The notes under the pieces are model-generated. The model was given only the letters and a program-made list of their open reading frames with translations, ran no database searches and was not told the origin of the DNA. Shown piece after piece: positions 40,987 to 54,942 of a stretch of DNA of 64,000 bases. Every line of letters starts with the position of its first letter. Position 1 is the first letter of the stretch. This DNA is from Octopus vulgaris (lineage: Eukaryota). Made by a program: the position numbers and the translations under genes. Location: NCBI GenBank assembly GCA_951406725.2, contig OX597816.1, positions 151,528,001-151,592,000 of the forward strand, in the 5' to 3' direction.

Positions 40987-42082
40987 TAGAGATACATATT
41001 TTAACGCTTTGCTAAAGGCGGTTTAATGATAACTGAAGTATCTCGTGATGCATAGCAATGACACTTTGTAAGTGTTTTTTAATTCTTTACCATCCCACAC
41101 TGTTGATAAAATATAGGTTATGTCAATTTTAAAATTGCTCATTGTCTTGCGTCAATTTCGGAAATCATTATTTTTATGTCGAAATGTATTTTAGAGTACA
41201 ATCTTTTGTACACAGATGATCTCAATATCTCTTTTACTGTAACAACCAACAGTGTTTGCTCCTCTGAAGGAGCTAGCTACATACCCCCTCCGGCTAGACC
41301 CTCCCTATTTAATCGTATCTACCCCTCTTCCTTTTTACTCTCTCTTTACCCTCCACATCCCAAACTATTCACTTTTACTCAATCTTACCTCCCTGGATAG
41401 CAACCTTCTGGAACTTGCTTTCCCACCCATATTCTTTACTTTCTTACTCTCATCAATCGATTCACAAACGTTCAAACTCAAAATAATCAACCATATTTAT
41501 TTTAATTTTCAGCTAAGTTACACAGATACTACCCGCCACGTTAGCTCTCCCTTAAACTAACCGATAATAAAGAAACAAAGCTATTACACTCTTCCAATTT
41601 GAGGTCATGACAGTTAATGGAATGTACCACAGAAAGAAAGTTTTAAAAAATACACTAGAATTTCAAGGCTGCACATTAGTCTTCTTACACAAAAGAGTAT
41701 CTGTCAAGTGACAGATGTTTTCTCCGTTAAAGTCGGTTACTGGAGTTACAGCATTTATATTCAGCATTATTTCTAGTTCTTGTTTACATAACGTTGAGCA
41801 CATAACGACCACTATTTCAGGCTAATTGGTCAATTTCTTATCCTGTTATAGAACTTCCTTCGTTCCCATATATTCATAGTTATTCCGTTTCTTTTCCTCT
41901 TTTCTTTTTCTCTCGTTCTTGTTTTACTTTCTTTTTTTAGAGTGTTAAGCCCTTGGAGAAAATTCTTAAGATTATTGTGAAAGGGTAGAGACTAGACTTT
42001 CTTTCTGTTTATTTTTCTGACATATTTTTGTATTTCTGGAAAGAGAAATGGGTGTAGCGTTCGCGAAACATATACATACATA

Positions 42083-42117
<35 letters not shown>

Positions 42118-43059
42118 GCGCACGTACGCACGCGCGCACGCACACACGCACACACGCGCGCACGCACAAAGTAAGTCAGAATGTTTCAGAACTGAATGTA
42201 TATTTATTTAATCAAGTAATTTGCATTACGGTCGTTTCGCAACTTACTCTATGAATTATAATTTTCAGTATGCAAGAAATTATGCGCACATGTTTGCATT
42301 GAAATGTAAGCCCATCATTATACAATATACATATGTTTAAATGTATGTATGTATGCATGTATGTATGTATGTATGTATGTATGTATGTATGTATGTATGT
42401 ATGTATGTATGTATGTATGTTTGTATGCATGTATGTATCTATGTTTGTATGTATGTATGTGTTGTATGTATGTATGTATGTATGTATGTATGTATGTATG
42501 TATGTATGTATGTATGTATATACACACACGCTCCTCTCCTTTATCATTAATTATAAGATAAAAATACACTTAGCAACCATATAATGCATTTTTTGCCGTG
42601 GTGCTGGCCAAGTATAAAAAGTTGGAAACCATGGAAATTTTACTAAAGATGTCAATTTGTCCGGCCTCTTCACCATCCTTCACAGCCTACTCCTTATAGG
42701 ATATACCAACATAAAACGACGTGAGTGTATTATGCCTACCCATGAAATAGAGGACTTAAACACATTTAGGGAAGTCTTTCATTACTACTAGTGAGAAGTT
42801 TTAGTTAAATGAATTAGATATAGGTCAGTTTTTATTGCACACACACACACGCACGCACGCAAACTGTTATATATTAATATATATGTATGTATCCATACGA
42901 ATCCGTATGCATATATGTTGCTACTTATATATATATATATATTTAAATATATATATATACATTATATACATATATATGTGTATATATATAACTTTTAAAA
43001 TTAACATGCATACACATACATACATACATACATACACACATATATATATATACACATAC

Positions 43060-43119
<60 letters not shown>

Positions 43120-43200
43120 GCCCACATACGCATGCACAAATTGTACAACATTATTCTATACATTTGTAGTTAGTTGGAAAGGCAGAGTAACTATCACTGT

Positions 43201-43248
<48 letters not shown>

Positions 43249-43539
43249 TATATATATATAGATATATATATATATATATATGCATATATACAATGTGTGT
43301 GTGTCTATATATATATATATATGTGTGTGTATATAATGTGTGTATATATATAAGTATATTGTGTCTGGGGAGAGTCATTCTCTTTTAGTGCCTTATTACA
43401 TAACACGCTATTGTTCTATTGGTGTTACTATCGTTGCAACAACAATGCCAGCAACCATAGCAACAACAACTAGAACGATATTAACACCAGTAGTATTCTA
43501 CACTCTGTCTTCTATAACCCCAACAACAAATCATACGAC

Positions 43540-44390
43540 ATGAGGAGGATCCACACCACAGACTTACCCTTCAACAAAAGGGTATGTATCCCACCATAGA
43601 GTGACAGTGAGACAGAGGCAAAGATTTCATTAGCTAGAAATAGACTCCGACACATCTTAGACCGGTACCACAAAACCACTAAAAACATAATGAGGGGGAA
43701 ACCCACTAACTCAGTTCATCTGTTGCCAAAGGCCTACAAAAACTGAAACAGCGAATCAGGAACAGGGAATTAGTGCGCCTCCCTACGGACAAGTCTGGCA
43801 GACTGTCGACAACCCACAGAACAATATCCAGACCGTGCAACAACAGTAGCATGAGAGTAACAAATGTTTGTGACAAAGCAAACAGGGTGAACACGTAGTA
43901 CAAGACTGATAAATATCAAGGAGTGATGTTTGTAGAGGTCACAGCCCATGGAGCTCGAAGATTCACGAAAACTCTGAAGGAAGTCAAATTCAACATTAAG
44001 ATCGTTGAAAAATCAGGGAGCTCAATCAGATGACAACTATGAAGAACGTACTCCCTTTGAGAATACCACATGCACCAGTGATAACTACATGGTATGTAAG
44101 ATTAACCCTGGCATTAACTGTAGAACTAGAAATTCAGTTTACAGCATAAGGTGCATAGAGGGTTCTAGTAAAGACAAGAACATGAAATACCTAGGTGAGA
44201 CATCTATAAGTGTTGAGGTGAGGCTAAATGGACATTTGAGACAATATGACGACAAAAACAGTCTTACATACTCTACCAACATGCCAAAGACCAGCATGGA
44301 GGTACACCGTATCAATTTGACATTCGCATTTTATCCAAGCACCCGCAGGACTCAACACTCAGACAAATACAAGAGTACGTATTTGCGTAA
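43540..44390 (+). mobile_element. Penelope-like element relic, internally deleted
   Basis: LPTDKSGRL (pre-RT DK motif), KYQGVMFVE, and CRTRNSVYSIRC...KYLGETS..VRLNGH (GIY-YIG). It resembles the 15.9-17 kb copy. Confidence 0.75.
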
Positions 44391-44716
44391 TGTGTGTCAA
44401 TTATACATCTGTGTGTGTGAGTGTGTGCACGCTCGCTCGTATGTATGCAAAATTCTTTTATAGAACGATGAATCTCGATGTAGACAAAGCTATAAATAAT
44501 AGTGTGTAAATAGGCTTGAAAAACCTTTGGATAGAAAAAGATAAGTTCCATAGCTAGCCTTCGACTTTTTCTATCCAAAAGGTATTTTTAACCCAATATT
44601 TTCACGCTATTATTTGTAACTTTATCTGCTTCGAGATTCACAGTTCCGAAAACAAGAGAATTATTTTACGATCTCGAAGTTTCTAAATTCTTTTGACGCC
44701 AGTAACAACAATACAT

Positions 44717-44768
<52 letters not shown>

Positions 44769-44932
44769 ACACACTACTCATGTATTGTGTTCTACTTCTC
44801 TTGTTCCACCAAACGCATTAACACAATTCATATACATATATATACACATACACAGTGATAGTTACTCTGCCTTTCCAACTAACTACAAATGTATAGAATA
44901 ATGTTGTACAATTTGTGCATGTGTATGTGGGC

Positions 44933-44996
<64 letters not shown>

Positions 44997-45840
44997 GTAT
45001 GTGTGTATATATATATATGTGTGTGTGTATGTATGTATGTATGTATGTATGTATGTATATGTATGCATGTTAATTTTAAAAGTTATTTTAACACAATCTC
45101 TGTCTCTCTGCCTCTCACACATACACACCTCTGTACAAATCTGCAAAATCTATTGTTAGCAATTTATTTCTCACAGCAGAGCTCTTTCTTTCTGCTAGTT
45201 TCTTCATTAATTTGCACCTGCCCCTTTTTATTTCTTCTTCCTTTCTTTCACCTAGATAATACCATATCTACCTACACCTCACACTTCTTCGCACTATAAT
45301 CAACTCTTTCAGTTTCTCTCCTCAACCTATCCAGCCTCCTCCTCACGATTATAGTTCAAGCTGTTGAGAATCGTGTATCTTCTTGCAATCGTTTGGTAGG
45401 GTGAATCCAAGCACATACATTTATCATGTGATTTGTTAGTCTAGATATCAAGGCAATAACTGCCGATTAGTGCCTGTATACCCACCAAGTACCCTATATG
45501 GTATTGGATAAGGTTCCGAAAGCATCAATCTGAAAATAGCAACTTTCACTTATCCAATTACCAGGTGTTATCAGCACTAGTATTCAAAAGAGGACAATAG
45601 AGTACAAAAGGTAGCGAAGCAGCAACTGTGTGAAGAAGTTAGATAGTGGATCGTGATAGGGCTGAAAGAGGAGATGCGAATTTCTGTGATTTTTAATATA
45701 CATACATACGTACGTCGCATGCACACACACACGTGTATGTGTGTATGTATATATATATATATATATATATATTGGTAAAAATAGTAAGACAACAAAAGAA
45801 AGAAAGAGACCTCGATATTATGTAAATAGAGGAATTTATC

Positions 45841-45949
45841 TGTAAATGTAATATGTGAGAATTATTCGGTAGCCATGATAAAACTCTACCCCGGCATCCG
45901 AAACTCGGAGTTTCATCATGGCTACTGAATAATTGTCACATATTACATT

Positions 45950-45953
<4 letters not shown>
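45841..45953. repeat. Foldback (46-bp arms) in a (TA)n-flanked insert
   Basis: TGTAAATGTAATATGTGAGAATTATTCGGTAGCCATGATAAAACTC and its reverse complement, with 3 mismatches. Confidence 0.85.
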
Positions 45954-45980
<27 letters not shown>

Positions 45981-46108
45981 CAAATATATATTATATACAT
46001 ACATACATACATACATACATACATACATACACACACTCATACACACAGGCACACACATATACATAAATGGAAAACAAAACAATAAATTGAACAATTATAA
46101 AGTCAATT

Positions 46109-46147
<39 letters not shown>

Positions 46148-46375
46148 ATATACATATATATATACACACACATATATATATATATATATATACACATACA
46201 TATATACATACACACACACACACATATATAAACATATACATACATATAAGGAATAATTAAGATTCAGCTGAATTAAGTACTCAAGTTGAGGCACCAGGTC
46301 AGTCCAGTATGGTCCGCACAGCTCGAACTAAGGTGAATAAAAAGCAAATAAGCAACAAGGATATCCAGATATCAG

Positions 46376-46461
46376 TGCATTACGGCCATTTCAAGCAGCT
46401 CCATTTAATCGATCAATGAAAACATTGCATCAGTTTGAAATAAACTGCTCTCCTCAGAGCA
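46376..46461 (-). ncRNA. Minimal type-I hammerhead ribozyme motif
   Basis: Minus strand reads TGCT / CTGAGGA / GAGCAG...CTGCTT / GAAA / T-GGCC-G / TA / ATGCA. The core is intact and stem I is short and bulged. Confidence 0.55.
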
Positions 46462-46809
46462 TACGACCATATATATTTCCAATATACAGGATACACCATT
46501 ATAATTTTTTATCAAATTTTTCATCAGTACTAGAGACCAAAATAATTACATTCCTTCTCTTTGCTATTTTTGTGGCAGAATGACTTTAGAGAAAAAATAC
46601 TTAAAGCCTACTGTAATTTAGAGTGGCAGAAGAAAATAATGGGGGTCAAGAAAGAGGAATGGTGATATAGCTACATTCATCTTTATCCTTATCACATTCA
46701 AAAGCCTCAATGCAGCAAATAATCTACAACACCTTAAAATTAAATCCAATGGGAATTGACAGTTAAGTTCTTGTTGGTGGTGATAAATGCCAGATACACA
46801 ACCCTACCC

Positions 46810-46860
<51 letters not shown>

Positions 46861-47284
46861 ATATATACATACATATGTGTGAGTATTTATATATATATAT
46901 ATATTACGCACATACACACAGAGACCAAGCTAACTAGAACTTTAAATTTCGCCTAGTGGCTTGTTCAATGAATTTGACTACTTTAAGCATTGAGTCATCC
47001 CATCAGTAAATAATTTCGTTGTTATTCTTAAAATTACTTTAAAATAATAGCATTATTGTACCCCCCCCCCCCCACCAACAAATATAAATTCATATATGTA
47101 ACATTCCTATGCATAAAATAAAATGTAGTGTTATATTAATTATATGCAAAACAGTAAAGTAGAAGAAATGCAGAATTGGAAAAATGTCAACATACCAAAA
47201 ATCGATAACTTATATACAACCTTCCTATCAGGAAAATTTTACAAAAGGGTTGAAAAAAATTTGCGCCATTAATTGAAAATAATT

Positions 47285-47493
47285 GGTTCCAAATTTTAGC
47301 ACAAAGCCAGCAGTTTTGGTGGTTGAGGTAAGTTGATTACATCAACCCCAATGCTTAACTGGTACTTATTTTGTGGACCCCAAAGGGAAGGCAAAGTCGA
47401 CCTCAACGGAATTTAAACTCAGAACCTAAAGACGGATGAAATGCCGTTAAGCATTTTGCCCGGTGTGCTAACGATTCTGCCGGCTCGCTGCCC
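47285..47493 (-). mobile_element. SINE family B, diverged
   Basis: Reverse complement of the family B head and body. Confidence 0.7.
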
Positions 47494-47510
47494 GTAAAAA
47501 GTGTTCAGCA

Positions 47511-47585
47511 AGCCACTACAGAGAATCGAACCCTGTACTTCTTAAAATCTGACTGACAGCTCTCAACCAATTAAGCTAAGCGATT
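47511..47585 (-). pseudogene. tRNA-like relic (A and B boxes, D and T arms, anticodon arm not foldable)
   Basis: TAGCTTAATTGGTTGAGAGC ... CAGGG-TTCGATT-CTCTG. Confidence 0.35.
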
Positions 47586-47771
47586 CCTGGGGAGATTAAT
47601 TGAAAAAAATTGTCATTTATAAAATATCTTGCAGAAATGGTATGCTATATTTAATAAAAAGAAATATACATATATCACAAGCATAACGAATACTTTTTGC
47701 GTTGAGCCTTTTAGCATCGGGCTCAGTAAAGATAAATTCAATTTTTGTGTGAGAGCATTGAAATATGAATA

Positions 47772-47975
47772 TACTCTTAACTCTTTTACTTGTTTCAGTC
47801 ATTTGACTGCGGCCATGCTGGAGCACCGCCTTTAATCGAGCAACTCGACCCCGGGACTTATTCTTTTGTGAGCCCAGTACTTATTCTATCGGTCTCTTTT
47901 GCCGAACCGCTAAGTAACGGGGACATAAACACACCAGCATCGACTGTCAAGCAATGCTAGGGGGAACAAACACAG

Positions 47976-48041
<66 letters not shown>

Positions 48042-48200
48042 ACGACGGGATTCTTTCAGTTTCCGTCTACCAAATCCACTCACAAGGCTTTGGTCGGCCC
48101 GAGGCTATAGTAGAAGACACTTGCCCAAGGTGCCACGCAGTGGGACTAAACCCGGAACCATGTGGTTGGTAAACAAGCTACTTACCACACAACCACTCCT
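47772..48200 (-). mobile_element. SINE family A, near full length
   Basis: Reverse complement of 8845-9258. Confidence 0.85.
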
Positions 48201-48671
48201 ATAGCTAAGATGTAATAACTATCAAAGGTTAATTACCCATATTAAATGAAATATGCATATTGATATATCTTTCACCAGACACAACAAACATTCCTATGTT
48301 TAAAATATATTAAGGATACTGATTTTTAAAAATACAGACCAGTAAATCTGAAAAAGAAAACCGGAAAATGTGAATGCAGCCGAAACGGAAAACCGGAAGA
48401 TATGAATGCAACCGAAATATCGATAAATCAATCATTCACGATCTGTCTTTCTGCAAAATACTTCACAAAAATGCTCCATTTACCGAATTGTCTGTAATAA
48501 AAATAATTTTCGTTTCTGTACGTTTCCGTTTTACAAAAAAGCGACATCAGTTACAGTAGTGTCACTTAGCTATAATCGCATAATGGTCCCTGGTTGCTGC
48601 TGCTGCTGGCTGTTGTCGCCACCAACACCACCTCCAAATAGCCACAGCTAGCAGCGCTTCTTCCATTAAGA

Positions 48672-48686
48672 GTTGCCAATGGTAAC
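48672..48686. promoter_or_regulatory. Candidate RFX X-box near ETS-like CCGGAA sites
   Basis: GTTGCC-AAT-GGTAAC, with ACCGGAA twice at about 48360-48400. Confidence 0.25.
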
Positions 48687-50659
48687 AACAATGATAAAAT
48701 AAAGGAAATACAGGAAAAAATATGAGTAAGGACGCTTTAAAATGGAGGAAATTATTTATGGGTGCATAGGAAGTGTGTGCTTGAAAGTTTTCCTCAACAA
48801 ATCAACCCAGATCATCGGTAACATTTTTCGTTAGAGACGCGCCTTCCACTCGACAACATAACGTTTAATTCAGACCGGATTTTTTTCTAAAATAAAGCAA
48901 ATAACATAATGTTCCTCAACATGGGATTCCACTTTTGCGTTCATTGTGTATATTGATAACAATAACAGCGAAAGAGTGCTAAAGATAGTAGAAGTACTCT
49001 TACGTTTTAATTTGGTCTTCTCATCCAAATTTAGATTTATTTACCCTGGTGCTACAGAAAAAAAAGACCCTCCATGAAAACCATTCTAAGTTCTCGGCTG
49101 GAATGCGTTCATAAGTCTGTTCAGTTGCGGTTGACCTGGGGCTAAACAACAACAATTATAAATAAACGGTTCAACCTAGCGAGGAATTTTCTGTGTCAAT
49201 AATTATTAATCCTTCCTCTGTCGGTTGTGTATCTCACAATTTCTTGTGCAAAATATAGACTAAATAATTGATATCTGCATATAAAACTTGCGATGTATAA
49301 CAATGCCGTAAATAAAAAAAAATTCCTAAGTTATGGAGGCTTCTTAGTTAATTACAAATAGAAAGCAAAGCCTTTAGCGGCAATTGTTAGCGACCCCAAA
49401 ATAAAAGGGAGATAATTTTGAGAAATTAATTAATCTCTCAAGTAAACTTGCATCCTTAGGAGAAAGAAAACCAATATCACCGTCAACAAGCTAACTTTAA
49501 GATAAAATGTTAATGCTAGTAATTTGTATTTAACATCTACTCAAACAAATCAGCTTTTTATTAATATACATTTCACGTGAAAACTTTTGAGCAATATGGA
49601 AAAGTTAGCAAAATATGTTAGGTCATATCAATAAATGAAAACGAAAAGATAATGCATTATCTTACATAGCTTTTTTCTTTTAATTATCTTGTAATATTTC
49701 GGGAAAGGTTTCCTTTTCCAAATAGGAGGAAAATATTCAAAGAGTTCGGAGAAATGCGTTACTACCAGCAGGCCCTTCTAGTGTGTTGTGTAAATTGCAA
49801 CACACTATTTTAATTTCTTTAAATTATCTCCTTATTCTATTGTTAGGTTTTCGTTGTTAGGTTGTAGGTTTTCGTTGTCCCTCTCTGTCCATAAGAATTT
49901 GTCCTATGCGTTATTCATTCTACCACCCTTTCTTTTGTTACACAAATTCATACTACTGGTACCTTCCAGCTATTTTCCTGTCAGTTCCTTTTCACTTAAA
50001 TTATGGAAATTACCTTTGGTCAATAATATTCTCAATCACTCTTTGCCTATATTACATTACGTAAAACTGATCGGTGAGAAGGAAAATGTTATGCTTATGA
50101 CACAAAATCGATACCGATTTGCGGTGTGTATAGCTTTCACACGTCTTCAAAATAAAGATCAAATCGTCTTTTTCTTAAGCAAGCTAATTCACTTCATTTT
50201 ATTCTTAATTACTTGAAATAATCTTCTGTTTTCATTCAAACTTGTCAACAATTGGCGCTAGCTTTTTGTCTTTCTTCTGTGATTTTTTTCTGCTCTTTAT
50301 TAACAGAAACCTCATCTAAATAGTAGTTCAGTCCCACTGCGTGGCACCTTGGGCAAGTGTCTTCTACTATAGCCTTGGGCCGATCAAAGCCTTCTGAATG
50401 GATTTGGTAGACGGAAAATGAAAGAAGCTCGTCGTATATATGTATATATATATATATGAATATATATGAATATCCAATATATGAATATCCAATACCAAAG
50501 AATCTTGATCTCCATATTTAAACTGCATTAAACTTTTGCAAGCTTACCTTTACCTATTCTGAGTTATTTGAAAAGTGATGTTCCCTTCCTTCTTTTCTAT
50601 TTATTGATACCTTTGTTTACCTACCAATGTGCTGTTTCACTTTAAGGATGATTATTTAC

Positions 50660-51010
50660 CCATCCATCATGATCTTTTGACTATTGGTCAACACCCTGCT
50701 TCGCGGCAATTTGTACAGAAAATTCGTGCTTATAACTCTACCTTCCAGATGACAAGTTTCGGTCACGAACTCATTCATGAAAACTCCTATATGTCAACAT
50801 TCAAAATTCAGGGCCAAATCTATCAACGAATTGGCTCTATTCTTCTTTTCAACAACGCTGAACACTGATTCCTTCAAATTTACTTAATTGGAGATACCAC
50901 TGAGCAAACGACTCGCCGAGCTCAGATAGCACCTGGAACAAAAATGCCTCTTTTGAATGAACGTCAGGAAATGCTCCACACCATCAACCGACATCTTTTC
51001 ACTGCGAACT
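50660..51010 (+). mobile_element. Helitron RepHel coding relic
   Basis: FVQKIRAYNSTFQMTSFG...TFKIQGQIYQRIGSILL...*FLQIYLIGD is characteristic of the N-terminal region of Helitron RepHel. It contains an in-frame stop. Confidence 0.8.
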
Positions 51011-51718
51011 GCTAAAGATTCAAAGCAGTATTCGTGAACTGAAGTCAAACTCTTCAAGTCTTCATTTTTCGTTACCTGAAGCCAATTTCAGAGTGGTCAT
51101 ACACTATAAGCACGTAGTAAATACATTCCTTTAACTCTGCTTTTTCAAGTAGGTATAATATTGCCATTTTTGAACGTGCCAATCATACTTCTCGCCGCAA
51201 AAATAGCCCCTTTGATGTTGAATAAAACAAACTCGCAGAGGGGAAGTTTCAACGTCTTCCTTCAATTTCCTTACATCATTATGTGGCTGTTTCTGACAAG
51301 AAATTTCGCTTTCATGTAAAGTAACCGTATTTTGTAGTCATTATCCGTAATCTACTCCCAAAACACTTCAGTAGCTCTAATTTACATCTCTTGCAAACTT
51401 ATATGTTCTATGATGATTAAAGTTGAACGACCTTCACAATAACCAGCCTTCAATTTGGTTTTCCGTTCCTAGGTTAATCGGAAACATAGATTGCCGTGCT
51501 ACTTATAAACCTTCTCGGCAGTTCAATCATTTGGTGAAAAAATACCACCAAAGCAACTTAAACCACCCAAAGGACGGGTGCATTTGCTAGTAGTTCGATA
51601 AAACAGCAACACCAGTTAATTATATGTGTGTTTCCGCATGTTACAAGAGGTTGTCTAGTGGCATCAGGTAGTTGTATAAAATACACACATACATACATAT
51701 TTAAATATGTGCGCGCAC

Positions 51719-52000
51719 ACCCAACAGATGTTAACATAACGCCAAAGATTAGTGAAAAAGAAAATACCTACGCTGAACTATTGAGAAATTTACAGTTATT
51801 CTGCCCAGATTACAAGATCAGGTTAATACCTGTAATTACTGGAGTACTTGGATATGTAATACACTGCCTAAGTACCAATCTTGAGAAATTAGACTTCTCA
51901 AAACCAGAAAGGAGAAAGCTGATTCGAAAACTACAAGTCCAAACCTTCACTGGAAATGTAAAAATCTGTAAAACTTTCTAGAAGCTTACCATTTAAGTAT
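51719..52000 (+). mobile_element. R4/Dong-type non-LTR retrotransposon, C-terminal relic
   Basis: EKENTYAEL...LIPVITGVLG...GNVKICKTF* resembles the RLE-domain tail. Confidence 0.65.
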
Positions 52001-53745
52001 ATATACGCATGTCTAGACATGCAAATATGTGCATGAGAATACATATATACAGCACATACTCACATACATGCAAAAATACTCTGTTGATATTGCTGAAATT
52101 CCAATGAAGCAGCTTTGGATCTAAGTGAGAAACTAGTTCTTTCTCTATTGGTCAGAGATGTTGAAATGAAACTGAATAACGACATACATAAATAGAAGTA
52201 TACACACCACACCTATAATAAAGTGGATTAATAAAATCCAGGGGATTACTCCAGTAGCATTTCATACAAGAACCTGGCTAGCAAAGTGTTCGAATAGCAA
52301 TGAGTTTTGTCAAAAACGTTAAGAATAAATCCTGTTCTATGTGACGCATTCTACCAGTATCCGAAGTTTCAAAGTGTTTAGTTAAAAAAAAATTAATTAA
52401 AAAATCTGGCCATCAAATTGAAAAGATCCAGAGAATTTATGGACACCCTGTTCATTAAATAATCTCTTTATGTCGACAGTTGACGATATCAGTCTTATAA
52501 AATATATCGATAAAATGTATCGCAAAAAATTTTCCCAAAGATGGGGTTTTGCGTTTGAGAGAAACCTATCATAAAAATTTTGCAATTAATTTTGTTTTAA
52601 AATATTTAAGAATCGGTTCTAATTCATTTAGTTGATAATTTAATGTGACATTACATAGAATTCTTATATCTAAAATTAAAATCTTACGCAGTAAGTTGTC
52701 CAAATTAAAAAAAATATAGTATGCAATCCTGAAAAGTAGCGTAATCCACTCCTTGTACTCTAATCTGGCAACCTGGCATATCACTGCCCAAACCCATCAT
52801 TAAGATAGCACTTTTGCCACTCTCCCGCTCACATATATATATATGTATGTGTGTGTATGTGCACTTGCGTGCGTGATAGTGCTTGAAATGGGGATGTATA
52901 CGCAAGGGATGGAGTCTGTACGTAGAAAAGGGAAAAGTAGTCAGAATCCCTAAATTTTGGAATGGTTATTTAAGTAAAAGAAACAAAACAAATGTATAAA
53001 ATGTTATCGGTTTGTCTTTAAGAAAATGTTTTGTCGTTCGTTTTCTTACAGTGTTAAACTTCTTCAGTGAGCCAATAGCGAAGTCATGTTATCCTTTTTG
53101 GATTTAAAGTTAAAGATTAAAACAGTGTGTAAAATATTTTTACTGTATATAAATAGATTTGAAGACAAACAGAGAGAAGAGGATAAATTGATAATTTGAT
53201 GTAAAGTGAAGCTTCAGAAAGTAACTACTGGCATGTGAGACTCAGGCAATTTATTTATAAATCAACATTTGGTTTAAATAACACCCAGAGGAAACATCCT
53301 GAAATTAATATCTCATCACTATTGTAGTGTGAATAAGCCCTCTGCGATCTAATTAGTCATGTTCACTAAATGATTTAATGTTAATGAGTAAAGTCAGTTC
53401 TGCGCCTTTACTGATTTACATAGTGCCGTGAAGACCTATAGTGTTATATGGAATAAAGTTGTTCCGTTAATTTGTAAAGTCAAACGTAATTAGTGAATGT
53501 TGTTGTAATTACATATTATATATTAACATAGCTTTGCAAGCCAATGAAGGAAGCTGTTCGAGGTTGCTTGGATGCCTGAAATAACAGCTAAATCTTCCTC
53601 AAATCATGTTTTGTCTTTACTAATAGTAGGTTTGATCACAGCTGCGATCTCTTTGATTGTAGGTCTGCTGGATCAAAGAGACTAAAGAGCCATAATACTG
53701 ATAACATAGATTTTCAATAATAACAAAATGGTTGAGGGGTAAATC

Positions 53746-53922
53746 CGTCAGAGGAGTATAGTACGAACTAGTACGTCAGAGGAGTATAGTACGTCAGAGG
53801 AGTATAGTACGAACAGAGGAGTATAGTACGAACATAGGAGTATAGTACGAACAGAGGAGTATAGTACTAAGAGGAGTATTGTACGTCAGAGGAGTATAAT
53901 ACGAACAGAGGAGTATAGTACA
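53746..53922. repeat. About 19-bp minisatellite (CAGAGGAGTATAGTACGAA) x8
   Basis: Tandem units directly visible, with no unique spacers. Confidence 0.9.
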
Positions 53923-54337
53923 AATATGTTAAAACTTAATTATTAGCGACGGAACTAGTATTGGTACCAAAAGGCAATCTTTATATTCAACTTAACGTGT
54001 ATGTCTTGTAAGAACACCGAATACTGAGTTATTAGCCTTGAGAGAACCTCTCATATAGGCGCTTGGTGCATAAAAGTACACACATAGATCGTAGCAAACG
54101 AGAATTATCTGTTATGGGCGCCGGAACTCACGAGATTTCAGTCTACTGGTCATCGTTAGTGAGACGTTCGGTCATCGCATACTTGGCAAATCTCGCTGCT
54201 ACGATACATAGAATACCATCATTTCAAGCACTGATGTTGCAAGTAGCCAACAGGCTTATTAAACATTAATTATTAGCGACGGAAGCCGTAGGAATGCCAA
54301 AAACAATCTTTATATCCCACGTAACATGAACGTCATG

Positions 54338-54898
54338 TTAGAATATTGAATACTGCGTCAGTAATCTTGAGTAATTAGACAGATTGTATTTAGAAAAGTC
54401 GATGCCATCAACGAAGGACTTGAATGCAAGTGCATGTTGAATTACTTTAACATCTTCCTGCTTGAACAGTGTTGTCAATCTTCGTAGAAAGAGCTCATAT
54501 CGCCGAAGGAAGTTATCCAGCCAATGAGGTAATGCTTTGAATATCTCTGTGGATATATCCAACTGTGGTGCCATTGCAAGAGTAAATTCTTGAATATCAA
54601 CCCTACCTACAACCAAAGCCTTTGTTCTTCTGTTAGCAATCCATCCCGATGTAATATCTTCCAGCTCCGAAAATAACGGTTGTCGACCTGATCCACACTT
54701 GTGCTTCTTAGCACTCCCCTCATCCACTTGTCTGCTGAGATTATCGTACTTTGCTCGCCATTCGGAGAGCCAACATCTCCTTACAGAAAGCCATAAAATT
54801 ATTGTTATGTGACTCTTCCACAATTCCTTTCTTGTACTCCACGGAATAATTCTTTCTTTTTGCAAAGGAGTCAAGCCAAAGGAGTCAACTCCGTGCAT
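54338..54898 (-). mobile_element. pogo/Tigger-like transposase N-terminal relic (CENP-B-type HTH)
   Basis: GSGRQPLFSELED..GWI..RR...V...DIQ.F...FKALPHWLDNFLRRY.L..RR.T pattern. The DDE domain is absent. Confidence 0.75.
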
Positions 54899-54942
54899 GC
54901 GCGCTTAGCGCAGACTTTAGCCAAGCAGCGGTAGTTGGTTTA

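Noticed and set aside
47511-47585. Functional tRNA gene
   Set aside because: The anticodon arm does not fold and the acceptor stem is mismatched, so it is kept only as a low-confidence relic.
53746-53922. CRISPR-like short repeat array
   Set aside because: The units are directly tandem without unique spacers, there are no cas genes, and the context is eukaryotic.
54338-54898. Domesticated pogo/CENP-B-like host gene
   Set aside because: It is truncated before the DDE domain, appears frameshifted at the N-terminus and is embedded among other TE relics.
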